Positions 1 through 11,499 of a stretch of DNA of 64,000 nt are shown piece after piece. Below the pieces are notes generated by a model. That model was given only the letters and a program-made list of their open reading frames with translations. It did not search any database and was not told the origin of the DNA. The stretch spans positions 1,152,001-1,216,000 of the forward strand of contig OY762940.1 of assembly GCA_963667255.1 (NCBI GenBank). Reading direction: 5' to 3'. The stretch's first letter is position 1. The number at the start of each line of letters is the position of its first letter. A program made the position numbers and the translations under genes. This stretch comes from Candidatus Cloacimonadota bacterium (GTDB lineage Bacteria > Cloacimonadota > Cloacimonadia > G963667145).

Positions 1-657
<657 letters not shown>

Positions 658-661
<4 letters not shown>

Positions 662-1047
662 TAAGTAAAAAAAAAATTTCCGACCAAGAGTTTGAACAAT
701 TATTGGACGAACTTGCTTCTTACAAAAATGAGAAGGAAAAGTTACGGAATATTTTGGGACAGATTGGTGGTAGAACTGGTAATTTTTCCAAGGTAATAAC
801 GGTTATTTTTGTTTCTTTGGTCATAGTTCTCTTTTTGGTGGATTTATATAGGAATATTTTCTATTTTGACAATTGGTCTAGCGTTCTGACGGTTGAGATA
901 GGCTTGTTTTTGGTTTCTATCAAACTGATTTGGATGATGCATTTGCAGAGTAAAGTCAGTCATTTTCAATTTTGGATTCTCAATGCTATCGAGTTTAAGG
1001 TGAATAGAATTTCAAAAAAAATCAATGAATTGGAGCGAAAGCTTTAG
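658..1047 (+). CDS. Hypothetical membrane protein (2 TM segments, coiled-coil-like ends)
   Basis: 129-aa ORF coupled to atpC by ATGA overlap; two hydrophobic stretches. Confidence 0.7.
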
Positions 1048-1078
1048 AGATGCATTCTTTTTATAAGGAGAATAATTA

Positions 1079-2698
1079 ATGAAAAAAGGTAAATTTAGAT
1101 TTACTATAGTAGTTTTGGTGGTTTTGGCGATTGTTTACTATTTGTTGCCATTGGTTTTCCCAGCTACTTCCGGAAGTGGTTTTACTTCCAAAAAACTCAA
1201 TCTCGGTTTGGATTTGCAAGGTGGTATGAGAATTGTTTTGGGGGTTGATGACAAAGATTTGAACCTTACACAAGAGCAAAAAAATCATGTTGTTGAGACC
1301 TCTTTGGAGATTATTCGCAATCGTGTGGACGAGTTTGGTGTTACCGAACCGTCTATTCAGAGAGTTGGGGATAATCGCATTGCGGTGAGTTTGCCGGGTG
1401 TCAAAGATTTTAAGAGAGCTGAAAAGCTTATTGGCAAGACCGCATTGCTTGAGTTTCAAATCCTTGGCGAAACCGAAGAACTGTCTGGGATTATCAAAGA
1501 GATTGATGAATATTTGCAAAAGAACAATAAGAAATTTCCATATTTGACTGAAAAGTTGGCAAAGAGCGATGAGGATATTTCCGAGTCTGTTTTGGATGAT
1601 GAAAAAGATAAATCTAAGGCAAAGAAAGATAAATATTCTAAGTTGTTCACATCATTGGTTAATTACAACGGAAACAGTAGTCTTGTGATTCTTCAGGAAA
1701 ATTTGGAGTTGTTTAAGAAGCTATTGAGTGAAAAGAAAATAAAGGCGATTTTGCCTCAAGAGTATAGTTTTAATTTGGGCAAAACTCAATACGATGAAAA
1801 TGAGATTGCTCTCTACACTCCATTGTTCTTCTTGCAAAAGAAAGTTCAATTGTCCGGCAAATATCTTAAATCTGCCGATGTTAAAGTTGGACAAGATGTA
1901 GGCGGTATTCAAACTAATTCGCCTTATGTTTCTTTGGAGTTTGACGCTGAAGGTGCAAAGAAATTCGCCAACATAACAGCTGACAATCTGCACAAACGAC
2001 TTGCGATTGTGTTGGATGGAGTTGTTTATATGGCTCCGACTATCAATTCGCGAATAGTGGACGGCAAAGCCAGTATTACAGGAAGTATGAGTATGGAAGA
2101 GGTGCAAAACCTTGTTATTGTGTTGCGTGCCGGTAATTTGCCTGCTCCTGTTACTATTTTGGAACGCCGTTCCGTTGGACCTACATTGGGTGCTGACAGC
2201 ATTAAAGCTGGGTTGCTTGCCGGTCTTTTGGGATTGGCAGTTATTCTTCTTTTTATGGTTTTCTACTATCGCTTGTCAGGCATCTTGTCTATTGTTGCTG
2301 TTGTTGCCAATATTCTTTTCATTTTGGCAGCTCTGACTATGTTTTCCGCCACTCTCACTATGCCGGGTATTGCTGGTATCGTGCTTACCATAGGTATGGC
2401 TGTGGATGGATGCGTGCTTATTTTTGAGAGGATTAGAGAGGAGTTGGATTTGGAACGCAGTGTTTCCGCTTCTATTTCCGCAGGATTTCAAAAAGCTTTT
2501 TGGATTATTATGGATGCAAATATCACTACTCTTATCACTGCTGCTGTTTTGTATAAATTTGGAAGTGGTCCTATCAGAGGTTTTGCCGTTACTCTGTCTA
2601 TTGGAATAGTTGGTTCGCTTTTCTCCACTTTGATATTGGTTAAGCTCTTTTTTGAAAAATTTATTCAGAATAAAAATTTGAAAAAGCTTAGTATTTAA
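1079..2698 (+). CDS. secD: Protein translocase subunit SecD
   Basis: LNLGLDLQGG, RVDEFGVTEPSIQ, LRAGNLPAP, IGMAVD..VLIFERIREE; RBS AAGGAG. Confidence 0.97.
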   Translation: MKKGKFRFTIVVLVVLAIVYYLLPLVFPATSGSGFTSKKLNLGLDLQGGMRIVLGVDDKDLNLTQEQKNHVVETSLEIIRNRVDEFGVTEPSIQRVGDNRIAVSLPGVKDFKRAEKLIGKTALLEFQILGETEELSGIIKEIDEYLQKNNKKFPYLTEKLAKSDEDISESVLDDEKDKSKAKKDKYSKLFTSLVNYNGNSSLVILQENLELFKKLLSEKKIKAILPQEYSFNLGKTQYDENEIALYTPLFFLQKKVQLSGKYLKSADVKVGQDVGGIQTNSPYVSLEFDAEGAKKFANITADNLHKRLAIVLDGVVYMAPTINSRIVDGKASITGSMSMEEVQNLVIVLRAGNLPAPVTILERRSVGPTLGADSIKAGLLAGLLGLAVILLFMVFYYRLSGILSIVAVVANILFILAALTMFSATLTMPGIAGIVLTIGMAVDGCVLIFERIREELDLERSVSASISAGFQKAFWIIMDANITTLITAAVLYKFGSGPIRGFAVTLSIGIVGSLFSTLILVKLFFEKFIQNKNLKKLSI

Positions 2699-2709
2699 GG
2701 ATATAGATT

Positions 2710-3642
2710 ATGAGATTATTTAAAAATTCTAAAATAGATTTTGTAGGCAGAAGAAGAATGATGTTTGCTTTGTCTGCCTTGTTGATAATAGCCAGTGTTG
2801 TTTCTTTGATAGTGAAAGGCGGTCCCAGCTACGGAATAGACTTTACAGGTGGAGTAGCTATGGAGGTCAATCTTAGTTCCGGCGATGATAACTCTTTGAC
2901 TCTCAAAGATGTTAGAGACGCTTTTTCGGGTAGCAAATACGAAAATGTTCGTTTGCAACAACTTGCTATGCAAAAAGATAAAAACATATTTTTGCTTTCA
3001 GTGCAAATTCCCGACGGTGAGAACGCTGTTGATATTGAAAACGATATTGTTGCCATCCTGAAAGAGAAATTGCCTGAATATTCCAAGAGCGAAGATTTGG
3101 TCCGAAGTTCCGAAACAGTTGGTCCTCAGATAGGGGATGAGTTGAAGGGCAAGGCTCTTAAAGCTATTCTGTATGCTTTGATTGGGATTATCATTTATAT
3201 TTGGTGGAGATTCAAGAAATTTACTTACGGAGCTGCTGCTGTTATCGCTTTGGCTCACGATGTTTTTATTACCATCGGAGTTTTCTCTTTTTTAAATTTG
3301 GAATTTAGCTTGGAGATAGTTGCCGCTTTGCTTACTTTGGTTGGTTACTCTCTCAACGACACCATCGTGGTGTTTGCCCGCATTAGAGAGGATTTGAAGA
3401 AAAATTCTCGTATGCTATTTCCTGATATCGTAAATTTTAGCATCAATGAGACTCTGAGTCGGACTGTTATCACTTCGCTTACCACTTTTTTGGTGGTGTT
3501 GTCCTTGTATCTATTTGGTGGCACGGTTATTCACGACTTTTCATTCGCCATCTTAGTTGGGGTAATTATCGGTACTTATTCTTCTATTTTCGTTGCCAGT
3601 CCTATTTTGGTTGAAGTCTATTTGAAGAAGAAAAAGAAGTAA
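2710..3642 (+). CDS. secF: Protein translocase subunit SecF
   Basis: GIDFTGG, VGPQIG.EL, GYSLNDTIVVF.RIRE, GTYSSIFVASP. Confidence 0.97.
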   Translation: MRLFKNSKIDFVGRRRMMFALSALLIIASVVSLIVKGGPSYGIDFTGGVAMEVNLSSGDDNSLTLKDVRDAFSGSKYENVRLQQLAMQKDKNIFLLSVQIPDGENAVDIENDIVAILKEKLPEYSKSEDLVRSSETVGPQIGDELKGKALKAILYALIGIIIYIWWRFKKFTYGAAAVIALAHDVFITIGVFSFLNLEFSLEIVAALLTLVGYSLNDTIVVFARIREDLKKNSRMLFPDIVNFSINETLSRTVITSLTTFLVVLSLYLFGGTVIHDFSFAILVGVIIGTYSSIFVASPILVEVYLKKKKK

Positions 3643-3644
3643 TT

Positions 3645-5117
3645 TTGTCGGATGTAAAGTTGAACAAAATTAGAGCGATTTTTTTAGTAATTTTGGTTTT
3701 TCCATATTTACTTTTGGGGGTAGATTCCGAGAATTTGGATTTACCCTCTGTTACTATTGAGGGCAAAGATAAATTGCAACAAAAGGACGAATTTCGTTTT
3801 GATGACGATTTGTCCGAGCAGTGGCAAATAGAGGGAGATGTCAATTTTGATGCTGAACTCCAGAGCCTTGAACTTTTCCCCGATATAGACAGCTCTGCTA
3901 CCAATGCCAAGCAAGGCTTTTTGGATTTGTGGCTTGGCTATGGGCATCGTCTGAATTTTAAGGGTGTTTATCATCATCCTATAAAAAAAATCTTAAATTT
4001 TGAATTTGAATCTCAAAACTATTTGTATGACGACGATTGGCATAGTTTTAGGCAATCTTTTTTGTGGACACCGTATTTGGACAAATCAAGGCTTAACTTC
4101 AAAGCAGATAGACTGGATGCCAAAGCAAATTCGCTCACTACCGATATTACCAAAGGCGAACTCAATTTTGATTTAGCAGTTACAGACAGCACATTGCAAG
4201 GTGTTGGCTTAGCTTTTGTTTTTGAAAATATCAATCAGAATTACTATGGCAATTCCCTGACTAAAGATTATGTGAATTTCTGCGTTACACCAAGAGGGGC
4301 ATATCGAGATATTGCCATTACGGCTGACTTTTTCTATTACAACAAAAATTTTAATGCGGAACTGGATGCCAGAAAAGAGTTTAACAAATGGGGCTTTTAT
4401 AACATTGATTTGTGGCTTGGATTGGCGAGCGATAATTTTATGCCGTCTGTTGTTTTCTCTGCGTTGTATTTTTTGCCGAGGAAAATTTATCTTTCTATAG
4501 AGAATAATCCGAGTGTTTCCAAGCTGACTTATTTGGATGTGTTTGCGGAAAATTACGCTCAAAATGCAGATTACGATTTGCAACAAGAGGTAACGCCCCT
4601 TGATTTTACCTTGAAATTGGGCTACAAAAGGTATTTGGTTGTTAGTAACAATCTGAGTTACAAGATGAGCCATATCTATTACAATCAAGGGAAATCGGAC
4701 AAAGATTATATTGCTAAAGACGGGGATTTTTTGGTTAACTGTTCCGGACTAACTTCTGAATATAATTACAAAAATTTCGGCTTGTCGGCTTCTTATAGTA
4801 GAGCGATTGTGATAAATAGAAGCAAAGATTATATCCCTTATGAGCCGGGCGGAGTTGCCAAGATTTCCGTTTCGCATACTCAATTTGAAAAATTTATTTC
4901 TACGGTTATTTTTGAAGTTGATAATTTTATCAAAAATGATGTGGGTGAAAAAATTGATGATAAATTGAACCTGAATTTTGAGCAAGTTTGGAAATACTCC
5001 AGTCAACTTAGCTTTAACTTGAATTTCGTTAATTTATTGGACAATAAACTGAATAAATACTCGGGCTATCCTGACAAAGGTGTGCAGGTTTACGGGGGAG
5101 TTAAGTGGTATTTTTGA
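3645..5117 (+). CDS. Putative outer-membrane beta-barrel protein
   Basis: N-terminal signal peptide, amphipathic aromatic-rich strands, NLLDNK..Y..YP and terminal YGGVKWYF beta-signal; TTG start uncertain. Confidence 0.65.
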   Translation: MSDVKLNKIRAIFLVILVFPYLLLGVDSENLDLPSVTIEGKDKLQQKDEFRFDDDLSEQWQIEGDVNFDAELQSLELFPDIDSSATNAKQGFLDLWLGYGHRLNFKGVYHHPIKKILNFEFESQNYLYDDDWHSFRQSFLWTPYLDKSRLNFKADRLDAKANSLTTDITKGELNFDLAVTDSTLQGVGLAFVFENINQNYYGNSLTKDYVNFCVTPRGAYRDIAITADFFYYNKNFNAELDARKEFNKWGFYNIDLWLGLASDNFMPSVVFSALYFLPRKIYLSIENNPSVSKLTYLDVFAENYAQNADYDLQQEVTPLDFTLKLGYKRYLVVSNNLSYKMSHIYYNQGKSDKDYIAKDGDFLVNCSGLTSEYNYKNFGLSASYSRAIVINRSKDYIPYEPGGVAKISVSHTQFEKFISTVIFEVDNFIKNDVGEKIDDKLNLNFEQVWKYSSQLSFNLNFVNLLDNKLNKYSGYPDKGVQVYGGVKWYF

Positions 5118-5139
5118 TGTTTTGCGGGGAATGTGAATA

Positions 5140-6555
5140 GTGAAAGTTACTATAGGCTTGGAAGTTCATACCCAGTTATTGACCAAAAGCAAGGCGTTTT
5201 GTGGCTGTTCTACGGAGTTTGGTCGCGAGCCCAATTCTAACACATGCCAAGTTTGTCTCGGGATGCCGGGTGCTCTTCCCAAGGTTAACAAGAAATTGAT
5301 AGATAATGCGATTATTTTGGGGCTTAGCCTCGGATGCAAGATAGATAATAAGGTGCAGTTTGCCCGAAAAAACTACTTTTATCCTGACTTGGCGAAAGGC
5401 TACCAAATCAGTCAGAGCAATAAGCCGATTTGTTCGGAAGGGTTTTTGACTTTGGACAGCGGGAGAACTATTGGCATAGAGAGGATTCATATGGAGGAGG
5501 ACACCGCCAAGAGTATGCACGATTCTTCTTATGTGCCTTCCGGTCGCAGTTATTTGGATTACAATAGAGCGGGAGTTCCGCTTTTGGAGATAGTTTCTAA
5601 GCCCGATATGCATTCGGGAGAAGAGGCTTACGAGTATTTGCACAAACTGAAACAAATCCTTATTTACTTGGGAATTTCCGATGGCAATATGGCTCAAGGC
5701 TCGCTTCGGTGTGATGTAAACATCTCTATCAGTGATACGGAAGAGCTCGGGACCAAGGTGGAAATCAAGAATTTGAACTCGTTTAAAAATGTGCAAAAAG
5801 CTATCGAAATCGAAGCAGATATTCAAAAAGAGGCTTTGAAAAGCGGCGAAAGAATTTTGCAAGCGACCAAAACTCTAAATCCTGCTACGATGAATTTGTC
5901 CATTATGCGGATTAAAGAGGGCAGTAGTGATTACCGCTATTTTAACGAGCCAGATATTCCGCTGATTGTCGTCCCTGATGAGCATATAGAAAATCTCAAG
6001 AACCATTTGGTTGAGTTGCCTGATGCCAAGCGGAAGCGATTCGTTGAGCAATACAACATTACTATGCAGGACGCTGTTGTTCTTACGGAGACGGAGCATA
6101 TCGCTTCTTACTATGAAACTGCTTGTCTGACTGGGGACGCCAAAACGGTCTCCAATCTGATACAAGCTGAACTTTTGGCTTTTTTGAACAAAGAGGAACT
6201 CGAAATTCAAGACTGTTTGATTACAGCCGAGATGATGGGGGAGCTGGCGAAATTGGTCTCTTCGGGAGAGCTTAGTTCCAAAATGGCGAAAAATGTTTTT
6301 GCCGAATTGGTGGAAAATCCTCGTTCTCCCAAGAAAATTGTTTCCGAATTGGGGCTTGTGCAGATTTCCGATGAGAAGATTATCACGGGGATGATTGAGA
6401 AAATTTTTACTGCCAATCCAGAACAGTTGCAACAATATCGTTCGGGGAAAGATAAGTTATTTGGTTTTTTTGTCGGTCAGTTGATGAAAGTCTCTCAAGG
6501 GCAAGTTAACCCCAATATTGCCAATAGTTTGCTGGTAAAGCTCCTAAAGAATTAG
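5140..6555 (+). CDS. gatB: Asp-tRNA(Asn)/Glu-tRNA(Gln) amidotransferase subunit B
   Basis: IGLEVHTQL, RKNYFYPDL.KGYQISQ, DYNRAGVPLLEIVS, LRCDVNIS, DYRYF.EPD. Confidence 0.98.
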   Translation: MKVTIGLEVHTQLLTKSKAFCGCSTEFGREPNSNTCQVCLGMPGALPKVNKKLIDNAIILGLSLGCKIDNKVQFARKNYFYPDLAKGYQISQSNKPICSEGFLTLDSGRTIGIERIHMEEDTAKSMHDSSYVPSGRSYLDYNRAGVPLLEIVSKPDMHSGEEAYEYLHKLKQILIYLGISDGNMAQGSLRCDVNISISDTEELGTKVEIKNLNSFKNVQKAIEIEADIQKEALKSGERILQATKTLNPATMNLSIMRIKEGSSDYRYFNEPDIPLIVVPDEHIENLKNHLVELPDAKRKRFVEQYNITMQDAVVLTETEHIASYYETACLTGDAKTVSNLIQAELLAFLNKEELEIQDCLITAEMMGELAKLVSSGELSSKMAKNVFAELVENPRSPKKIVSELGLVQISDEKIITGMIEKIFTANPEQLQQYRSGKDKLFGFFVGQLMKVSQGQVNPNIANSLLVKLLKN

Positions 6556-6556
6556 A

Positions 6557-7792
6557 ATGCATTTCAGCTTAATAATTGTCCTACTTATTGCAGATTATCT
6601 TTTTGATTTGGTTTGCGATATCTCCACTTTGAAGTGCCTTGATAAGCCTATGCCTACGGAATTTTCCGATGTTTTTGATGAGGAGAAATACGCCAAAAGT
6701 CAGCAATATGCCAAAGCACAAACCAAGTTTGGCATTTGTAAAAGTAGCATAACTTTGTTGCTTTATCTCCTCTTTTTGTCATTCAATGGCTTTTCTTATC
6801 TCGATAATTTTGTCAGAGGGTTTGGATTTGGCAATGTTTTTTCCGGCTCTGTATTCATTGGGCTTGTCATACTTGTTTTGACCGTTTTCAGTTTGCCCTT
6901 TGATGTCTATTTCACTTTCGTTTTGGAGTCAAAATTCGGTTTCAATAAAACCTCTGTCGGAACTTTTGTTTTGGATAAAATCAAAGGAGTTACAATTTCT
7001 CTGATTTTAGTTTGTTGCATCTTTTCTCTGATAGTCTATATTTTCAATGCGTTCGGCACTATGGCTTGGGTTTATACTTGGATTGCTTTGATAATTTTGG
7101 GATTGTTTTTGAGTTTCGTTGCTCCTGTGGTGATTTTGCCCTTGTTCAATAAATTTGTTCCTCTACCTGATGGGGAACTGAAAGACGCTATCTCCGACTA
7201 TATGCAAAGGCAAAAGTTTAAGATTTCTGGTTTGTTCTCCATAGACGGCTCAAAACGCTCTACGAAAGCGAACGCCTTTTTTACGGGATTTGGGAAAACG
7301 AAACGGATTGCTTTGTATGACACTTTAATCGAAAAAATGAAGACTTCGGAAATTGTTGCGGTTTTGGCTCATGAAGTCGGACATTGTGTGAATGGGCATG
7401 TAAAGAAAGGGCTTATTACCAGTTTTTTGACTACCGGATTTATGCTTTTTTTGTTCTCGTTTTTTGTAAATAACGCCAATCTTTATGCCGATTTTGGTGT
7501 GAGCGAGAGTAGCACTTACATTGGAATGATTTTGTTTAGCCTTATTTTTACTCCGGTATCCACGATTATTGATATATTCTCAGCTTATTTTTCTCGGAAA
7601 CATGAATATGAAGCGGACGAATACAGTGCTAAAACGACTGATGGCGGAACAAGTTTGATTTCCGCCTTGAAGGAGTTGTCGTTCAGCAACTTGAGCAACT
7701 TGACACCTTCTCCGCTCAGAGTTTTCATCAGTTACTCTCATCCGCCTGTTTTGGATAGGATTAGAGCACTAAGGGAAATAGGGAAAGATTAG
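6557..7792 (+). CDS. M48 family (Ste24/CAAX-like) membrane zinc metalloprotease
   Basis: Multiple TM helices, HEVGH zinc motif, SRKHEYEAD, YSHPP..DRI. Confidence 0.93.
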   Translation: MHFSLIIVLLIADYLFDLVCDISTLKCLDKPMPTEFSDVFDEEKYAKSQQYAKAQTKFGICKSSITLLLYLLFLSFNGFSYLDNFVRGFGFGNVFSGSVFIGLVILVLTVFSLPFDVYFTFVLESKFGFNKTSVGTFVLDKIKGVTISLILVCCIFSLIVYIFNAFGTMAWVYTWIALIILGLFLSFVAPVVILPLFNKFVPLPDGELKDAISDYMQRQKFKISGLFSIDGSKRSTKANAFFTGFGKTKRIALYDTLIEKMKTSEIVAVLAHEVGHCVNGHVKKGLITSFLTTGFMLFLFSFFVNNANLYADFGVSESSTYIGMILFSLIFTPVSTIIDIFSAYFSRKHEYEADEYSAKTTDGGTSLISALKELSFSNLSNLTPSPLRVFISYSHPPVLDRIRALREIGKD

Positions 7793-7798
7793 ATTTTT

Positions 7799-8170
7799 TC
7801 AATTCTTATTCAGATATTTTTCCATCTCGTCTTGAAATTGGTGAAAATATTTTTGGGAATTTTCTTTTATGGAATTACTCATCTTTTCATAGGTTTCTAT
7901 GTATTTTAAGGCAAATGGAGTAAGCGTGCTGCCACCTCGTTCTATGCCACCTTTACTTGCAAAAAGCAGTTTCTTTCCAGTAACTGATTCTACTCGTCTT
8001 ATCATTTTGTTTGCTTTTGAATAGGATAAGTTCATGCTCTCCGCAGCTTGTTTCAAGGAGTTGTGTTCGATGACAGCCTTTAGTAGCCAAACGATGCCGA
8101 TTCCCATAAACCGTTTCCGCTCATCGTCTAACAAAAACAGTTTTATCTCCAATTCGTGATTGTTTTTCAT
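7799..8170 (-). CDS. ModE-family winged-helix regulator (DNA-binding domain only)
   Basis: RFMGIG..LL.AV....SLKQAAESMNLSYSKA...KGG..RGGS.LT; no C-terminal molybdate-binding domains. Confidence 0.85.
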   Translation of the reverse strand: MKNNHELEIKLFLLDDERKRFMGIGIVWLLKAVIEHNSLKQAAESMNLSYSKANKMIRRVESVTGKKLLFASKGGIERGGSTLTPFALKYIETYEKMSNSIKENSQKYFHQFQDEMEKYLNKN

Positions 8171-8318
8171 ATCGTCCTCGATATTTTTGTAGAAAAGTAT
8201 CGTTTCCGTGTCAAACTCTTTTAAAGATTAATTTTCTTCTTGGCATCTTGGATAAATTAAATTTTCAAATTTGCACCAACTTTGAGACTGTATCTTTCCA
8301 CATATCAAAAAAATATCC

Positions 8319-8348
8319 TTGACACAAAAATCCTTAATTTTTTACTTA
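8319..8348 (+). promoter_or_regulatory. Probable sigma70-type promoter of the rib leader
   Basis: TTGACA at 8319-8324 with an AT-rich -10-like hexamer 17-18 nt downstream, just before the riboswitch. Confidence 0.5.
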
Positions 8349-8358
8349 TTAATTATAA

Positions 8359-8470
8359 TTAATTTTCAGGGATAGGTGCAATTCCATACCGGCGGTAAAG
8401 CCCGCGAGCGAAAGCAGATTTGGTGATAATTCCAAAGCCGACAGTAAAGTCTGGATGAAAGAAAATTATT
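8359..8470 (+). ncRNA. FMN riboswitch (RFN element)
   Basis: ttcaggg..ggtg.aattcc..accggcggt.aagcccgcga...gatttggtg...attccaaagccgacagtaaagtctggatgaaagaa matches the RFN consensus; lies upstream of ribD. Confidence 0.95.
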
Positions 8471-8491
8471 AAAGATATTTTTATTTATTTT

Positions 8492-8530
8492 AATCCCTGT
8501 AAAGTCATATTTGCAGGGATTTTTATTTTT
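8492..8530 (+). terminator. Intrinsic terminator, expression platform of the FMN riboswitch
   Basis: Hairpin aatccctgtaaa/tttgcagggatt followed by a T-tract, between aptamer and ribD ATG. Confidence 0.8.
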
Positions 8531-8541
8531 TAAGGTTTTTT

Positions 8542-9636
8542 ATGGAAGATATATTTTATATGAAAAAAGCTCTTTCTCTTGCTAAAAAAGGCAAAGGAAA
8601 AGTTGAACCGAACCCAATGGTAGGAGTGGTAATTGTCAAAAATGGAAAAATAATTGGTGAAGGTTGGCATCAAAAATATGGCTTTGCTCATGCGGAAGTA
8701 AATGCCATAAATAATGCAACTGAAAGTTTGGGAAATTCTACCATGTATGTAAATTTAGAACCTTGCTCACATTTTGGCAAAACTCCTCCATGTGCAGATT
8801 TAATTATCCAAAAAAAAATAAAAAGAGTTGTGATTGGAATGGTAGACCCCAACGAAAAAGTAAAAGGACAAGGAATTGCAAAATTGAAAAAAGCTGGAAT
8901 TGAGGTGGTATGCGGAGTTTTGGAAAAAGAAGCCCAAAAATTAAACGAAGTTTTCCTAAAAAACATAAACCAAAAATTGCCCTTTATTACCTTAAAATCG
9001 GCGATGAGTTTGGACGGAAAAATAGCCTGTGAAAACGGAAATTCTAAGTGGATTTCTAATGAAAAATCAAGAAATTATGTTCACAAATTACGAAGAGAAA
9101 ATGATGCTATAATGGTAGGAATAAACACCGTTTTAAAGGATAATCCGCAACTTACTTGCCGAATAAAAAATGGCAGAAATCCTATAAGAATAGTGGTGGA
9201 TAGCTTGGGGAAAATTCCTTTGGAAAGCAATATCGTCCAAACTGCCAAAGAAATAAAAACCATTTTAGCTTGTAGTGATAAAATTGAAATAAACAAAGAA
9301 GAAATCTTAAATGAGAAAGGCTTAATCATTTTAAAAACCACAAGTAAAAATGGCAAAGTAAATTTAAAAAACTTACTTGAAAAATTGTATGAATTAGGAA
9401 TTTGTAGCATATTAGTGGAAGGTGGAGCTACTTTAAATCATTCTTTACTTAAAGAAAAGTTAATTGACAAATTTTTATTTTTCGTCTGTCCGCTGATTAT
9501 CGGAGGCAAAAATGCTCCCTCTCCTATTGCAGGAGCAAGTGCAAAAGATATTCCTCAAGCAAGCAAATTAGAAGATATTTCCTATAAAAAATTTAAAGAA
9601 GATTTGCTAATTACAGCTTATTTAAAAAAGGATTAA
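8542..9636 (+). CDS. ribD: Riboflavin biosynthesis deaminase/reductase RibD
   Basis: NPMVG, HAEVNA, LEPCSHFGKTPPC, AMSLDGKIA, ILVEGG. Confidence 0.97.
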   Translation: MEDIFYMKKALSLAKKGKGKVEPNPMVGVVIVKNGKIIGEGWHQKYGFAHAEVNAINNATESLGNSTMYVNLEPCSHFGKTPPCADLIIQKKIKRVVIGMVDPNEKVKGQGIAKLKKAGIEVVCGVLEKEAQKLNEVFLKNINQKLPFITLKSAMSLDGKIACENGNSKWISNEKSRNYVHKLRRENDAIMVGINTVLKDNPQLTCRIKNGRNPIRIVVDSLGKIPLESNIVQTAKEIKTILACSDKIEINKEEILNEKGLIILKTTSKNGKVNLKNLLEKLYELGICSILVEGGATLNHSLLKEKLIDKFLFFVCPLIIGGKNAPSPIAGASAKDIPQASKLEDISYKKFKEDLLITAYLKKD

Positions 9637-9640
9637 AAAA

Positions 9641-10276
9641 ATGTTCACGGGAATAGTGGAAGAAATCGGAATCATAAAAAATATCTCTCTTGTTTCCAAC
9701 GAAATTGCCATTTTTTGTAGGAAAGTAGTAGAAGAGATAAAACTTGGCGACAGCATCGCCGTAAATGGAATTTGCCTAAGTGTAAAATATTTTGAAAGAA
9801 ATTTTTTTATTGCTGATGTAATGCCAGAAACTTTCCGAAAAACTAACCTAAATCAACTAAAAAATAATGATAAAGTAAATTTGGAAAGAGCTTTAAAAAT
9901 CAATGAGCGAATAAACGGGCATTTAGTAAGCGGACATATTGACGGCACGGGAATTTTGCTCTCCAAAAAAGAAGAAAAAAATGCTATTTGGCTATCCATA
10001 GAAGCAGATAAGGAGATTTTGAAATACATTGTTTTCAAGGGTTCGGTAGCTTTAGACGGAGTAAGTCTGACAATAGCTTATGTTGATGAGAAAATTTTTA
10101 AAGTAAGTTTAATTCCCATAACTTACAGCGAAACTATTTTCAAAGACAAAAAATTGAACGATAAAATAAATATTGAATGCGATATTCTGGGAAAATATGT
10201 GGAAAAGTTCGTTTTGGGGGAGAGAAACGAAAATTTAATAAATAAAGATTTTTTAAGCCAAAACGGCTTTTTTTAA
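9641..10276 (+). CDS. ribE: Riboflavin synthase (alpha chain)
   Basis: MFTGIVEE, GDSIAVNGICL, VNLERAL, GHLVSGHIDG. Confidence 0.97.
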   Translation: MFTGIVEEIGIIKNISLVSNEIAIFCRKVVEEIKLGDSIAVNGICLSVKYFERNFFIADVMPETFRKTNLNQLKNNDKVNLERALKINERINGHLVSGHIDGTGILLSKKEEKNAIWLSIEADKEILKYIVFKGSVALDGVSLTIAYVDEKIFKVSLIPITYSETIFKDKKLNDKINIECDILGKYVEKFVLGERNENLINKDFLSQNGFF

Positions 10277-10285
10277 AGAGGATTT

Positions 10286-11479
10286 ATGTTGAAATTTAAT
10301 ACTATTGAGGAAGCAATAAACGATTTGAAAATCGGTAAAATGATAATTGTGATTGATGATGAGAATCGCGAAAATGAAGGAGATTTGATAGTCTCGGCAG
10401 AAAAAATCACTCCCGAACATATCAACTTTATGGCAAGTTTCGCCAAAGGGTTGATTTGTGCTCCTATCTCCAGCGAAATTGCTTTTAAGCTGAATCTGAG
10501 TCATATGGTGGAAAACAACCAAGACAGCTTCAAAACCGCTTTTACCATTTCCATAGATTATAAGGAGTCCACCACGGGAATATCGGCACATGAAAGAGCA
10601 AAAACTATTCAAATGTTGGCAGATGTAAATGCTCAAGCAAACGATTTTGTCCGTCCCGGTCATATTTTTCCACTTATTGCCAAAAAAGAGGGAGTGTTGA
10701 AAAGAGCAGGACACACCGAAGCTGCTGTTGATTTATTGAGATTTGCAGGCTTATGCCCAGCGGGAGCTATTTGCGAAATTATGAAAGATGACGGGCATAT
10801 GGCAAGAACTTTAGATTTGATGGATTTTGCCAAAAAACACAGCTTCAAAATTATTACTATAGCGGATTTGATAAAATACAGAATGGCAAGAGAAAACAAT
10901 ATTTTAAGAGAAACGGAGGCGAATCTTCCTACCAAATTCGGAGATTTTAAAATTATCGGCTTTGAAAATAAAATTTCCAAAGAACATCATCTTGCTTTGA
11001 TAAAGGGAGATATAAACACAGACAAGCCTGTTTTGGTGAGGGTTCATTCCGAGTGTCTCACTGGTGATACTTTCGGCTCTTTAAGGTGCGACTGCCAAGA
11101 TCAATTGCAAACCTCTATGAAGATGATAAACGAAGAGGGAGTAGGAGTTGTACTATATTTGCGGCAAGAAGGAAGAGGCATCGGCATAATAAACAAGATA
11201 AAAGCCTATTCGTTGCAAGATGCGGGAATGGACACTGTGGAAGCCAACATCAAACTCGGTTTTCCTGCTGATTTGAGAGATTACGGAAGTGGAGCTCAAA
11301 TATTAGCCGAATTGGGTTTGAAAAAAATTAAATTGCTTACCAACAATCCGCAAAAAGTTATTGGCTTAAGTGGTTATGGAATAGAAATTGTGGAGACCGT
11401 TCCTCTTAAAATCCCAGAAACTCCAAACAATTGCAAATATTTACAGACCAAAAAAGAAAAAATGGGACATCTTTTATAA
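10286..11479 (+). CDS. ribBA: Bifunctional DHBP synthase / GTP cyclohydrolase II
   Basis: [51 protein letters not shown]. Confidence 0.98.
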   Translation: MLKFNTIEEAINDLKIGKMIIVIDDENRENEGDLIVSAEKITPEHINFMASFAKGLICAPISSEIAFKLNLSHMVENNQDSFKTAFTISIDYKESTTGISAHERAKTIQMLADVNAQANDFVRPGHIFPLIAKKEGVLKRAGHTEAAVDLLRFAGLCPAGAICEIMKDDGHMARTLDLMDFAKKHSFKIITIADLIKYRMARENNILRETEANLPTKFGDFKIIGFENKISKEHHLALIKGDINTDKPVLVRVHSECLTGDTFGSLRCDCQDQLQTSMKMINEEGVGVVLYLRQEGRGIGIINKIKAYSLQDAGMDTVEANIKLGFPADLRDYGSGAQILAELGLKKIKLLTNNPQKVIGLSGYGIEIVETVPLKIPETPNNCKYLQTKKEKMGHLL

Positions 11480-11499
11480 TAATCTCAAAGGAGAAAAAA

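Noticed and set aside
8280..8290. ctttgagactg shared with 29336-29346 as a possible insertion-boundary repeat
   Set aside because: Only 11 nt, 21 kb apart, and not found at the other end of the rib block
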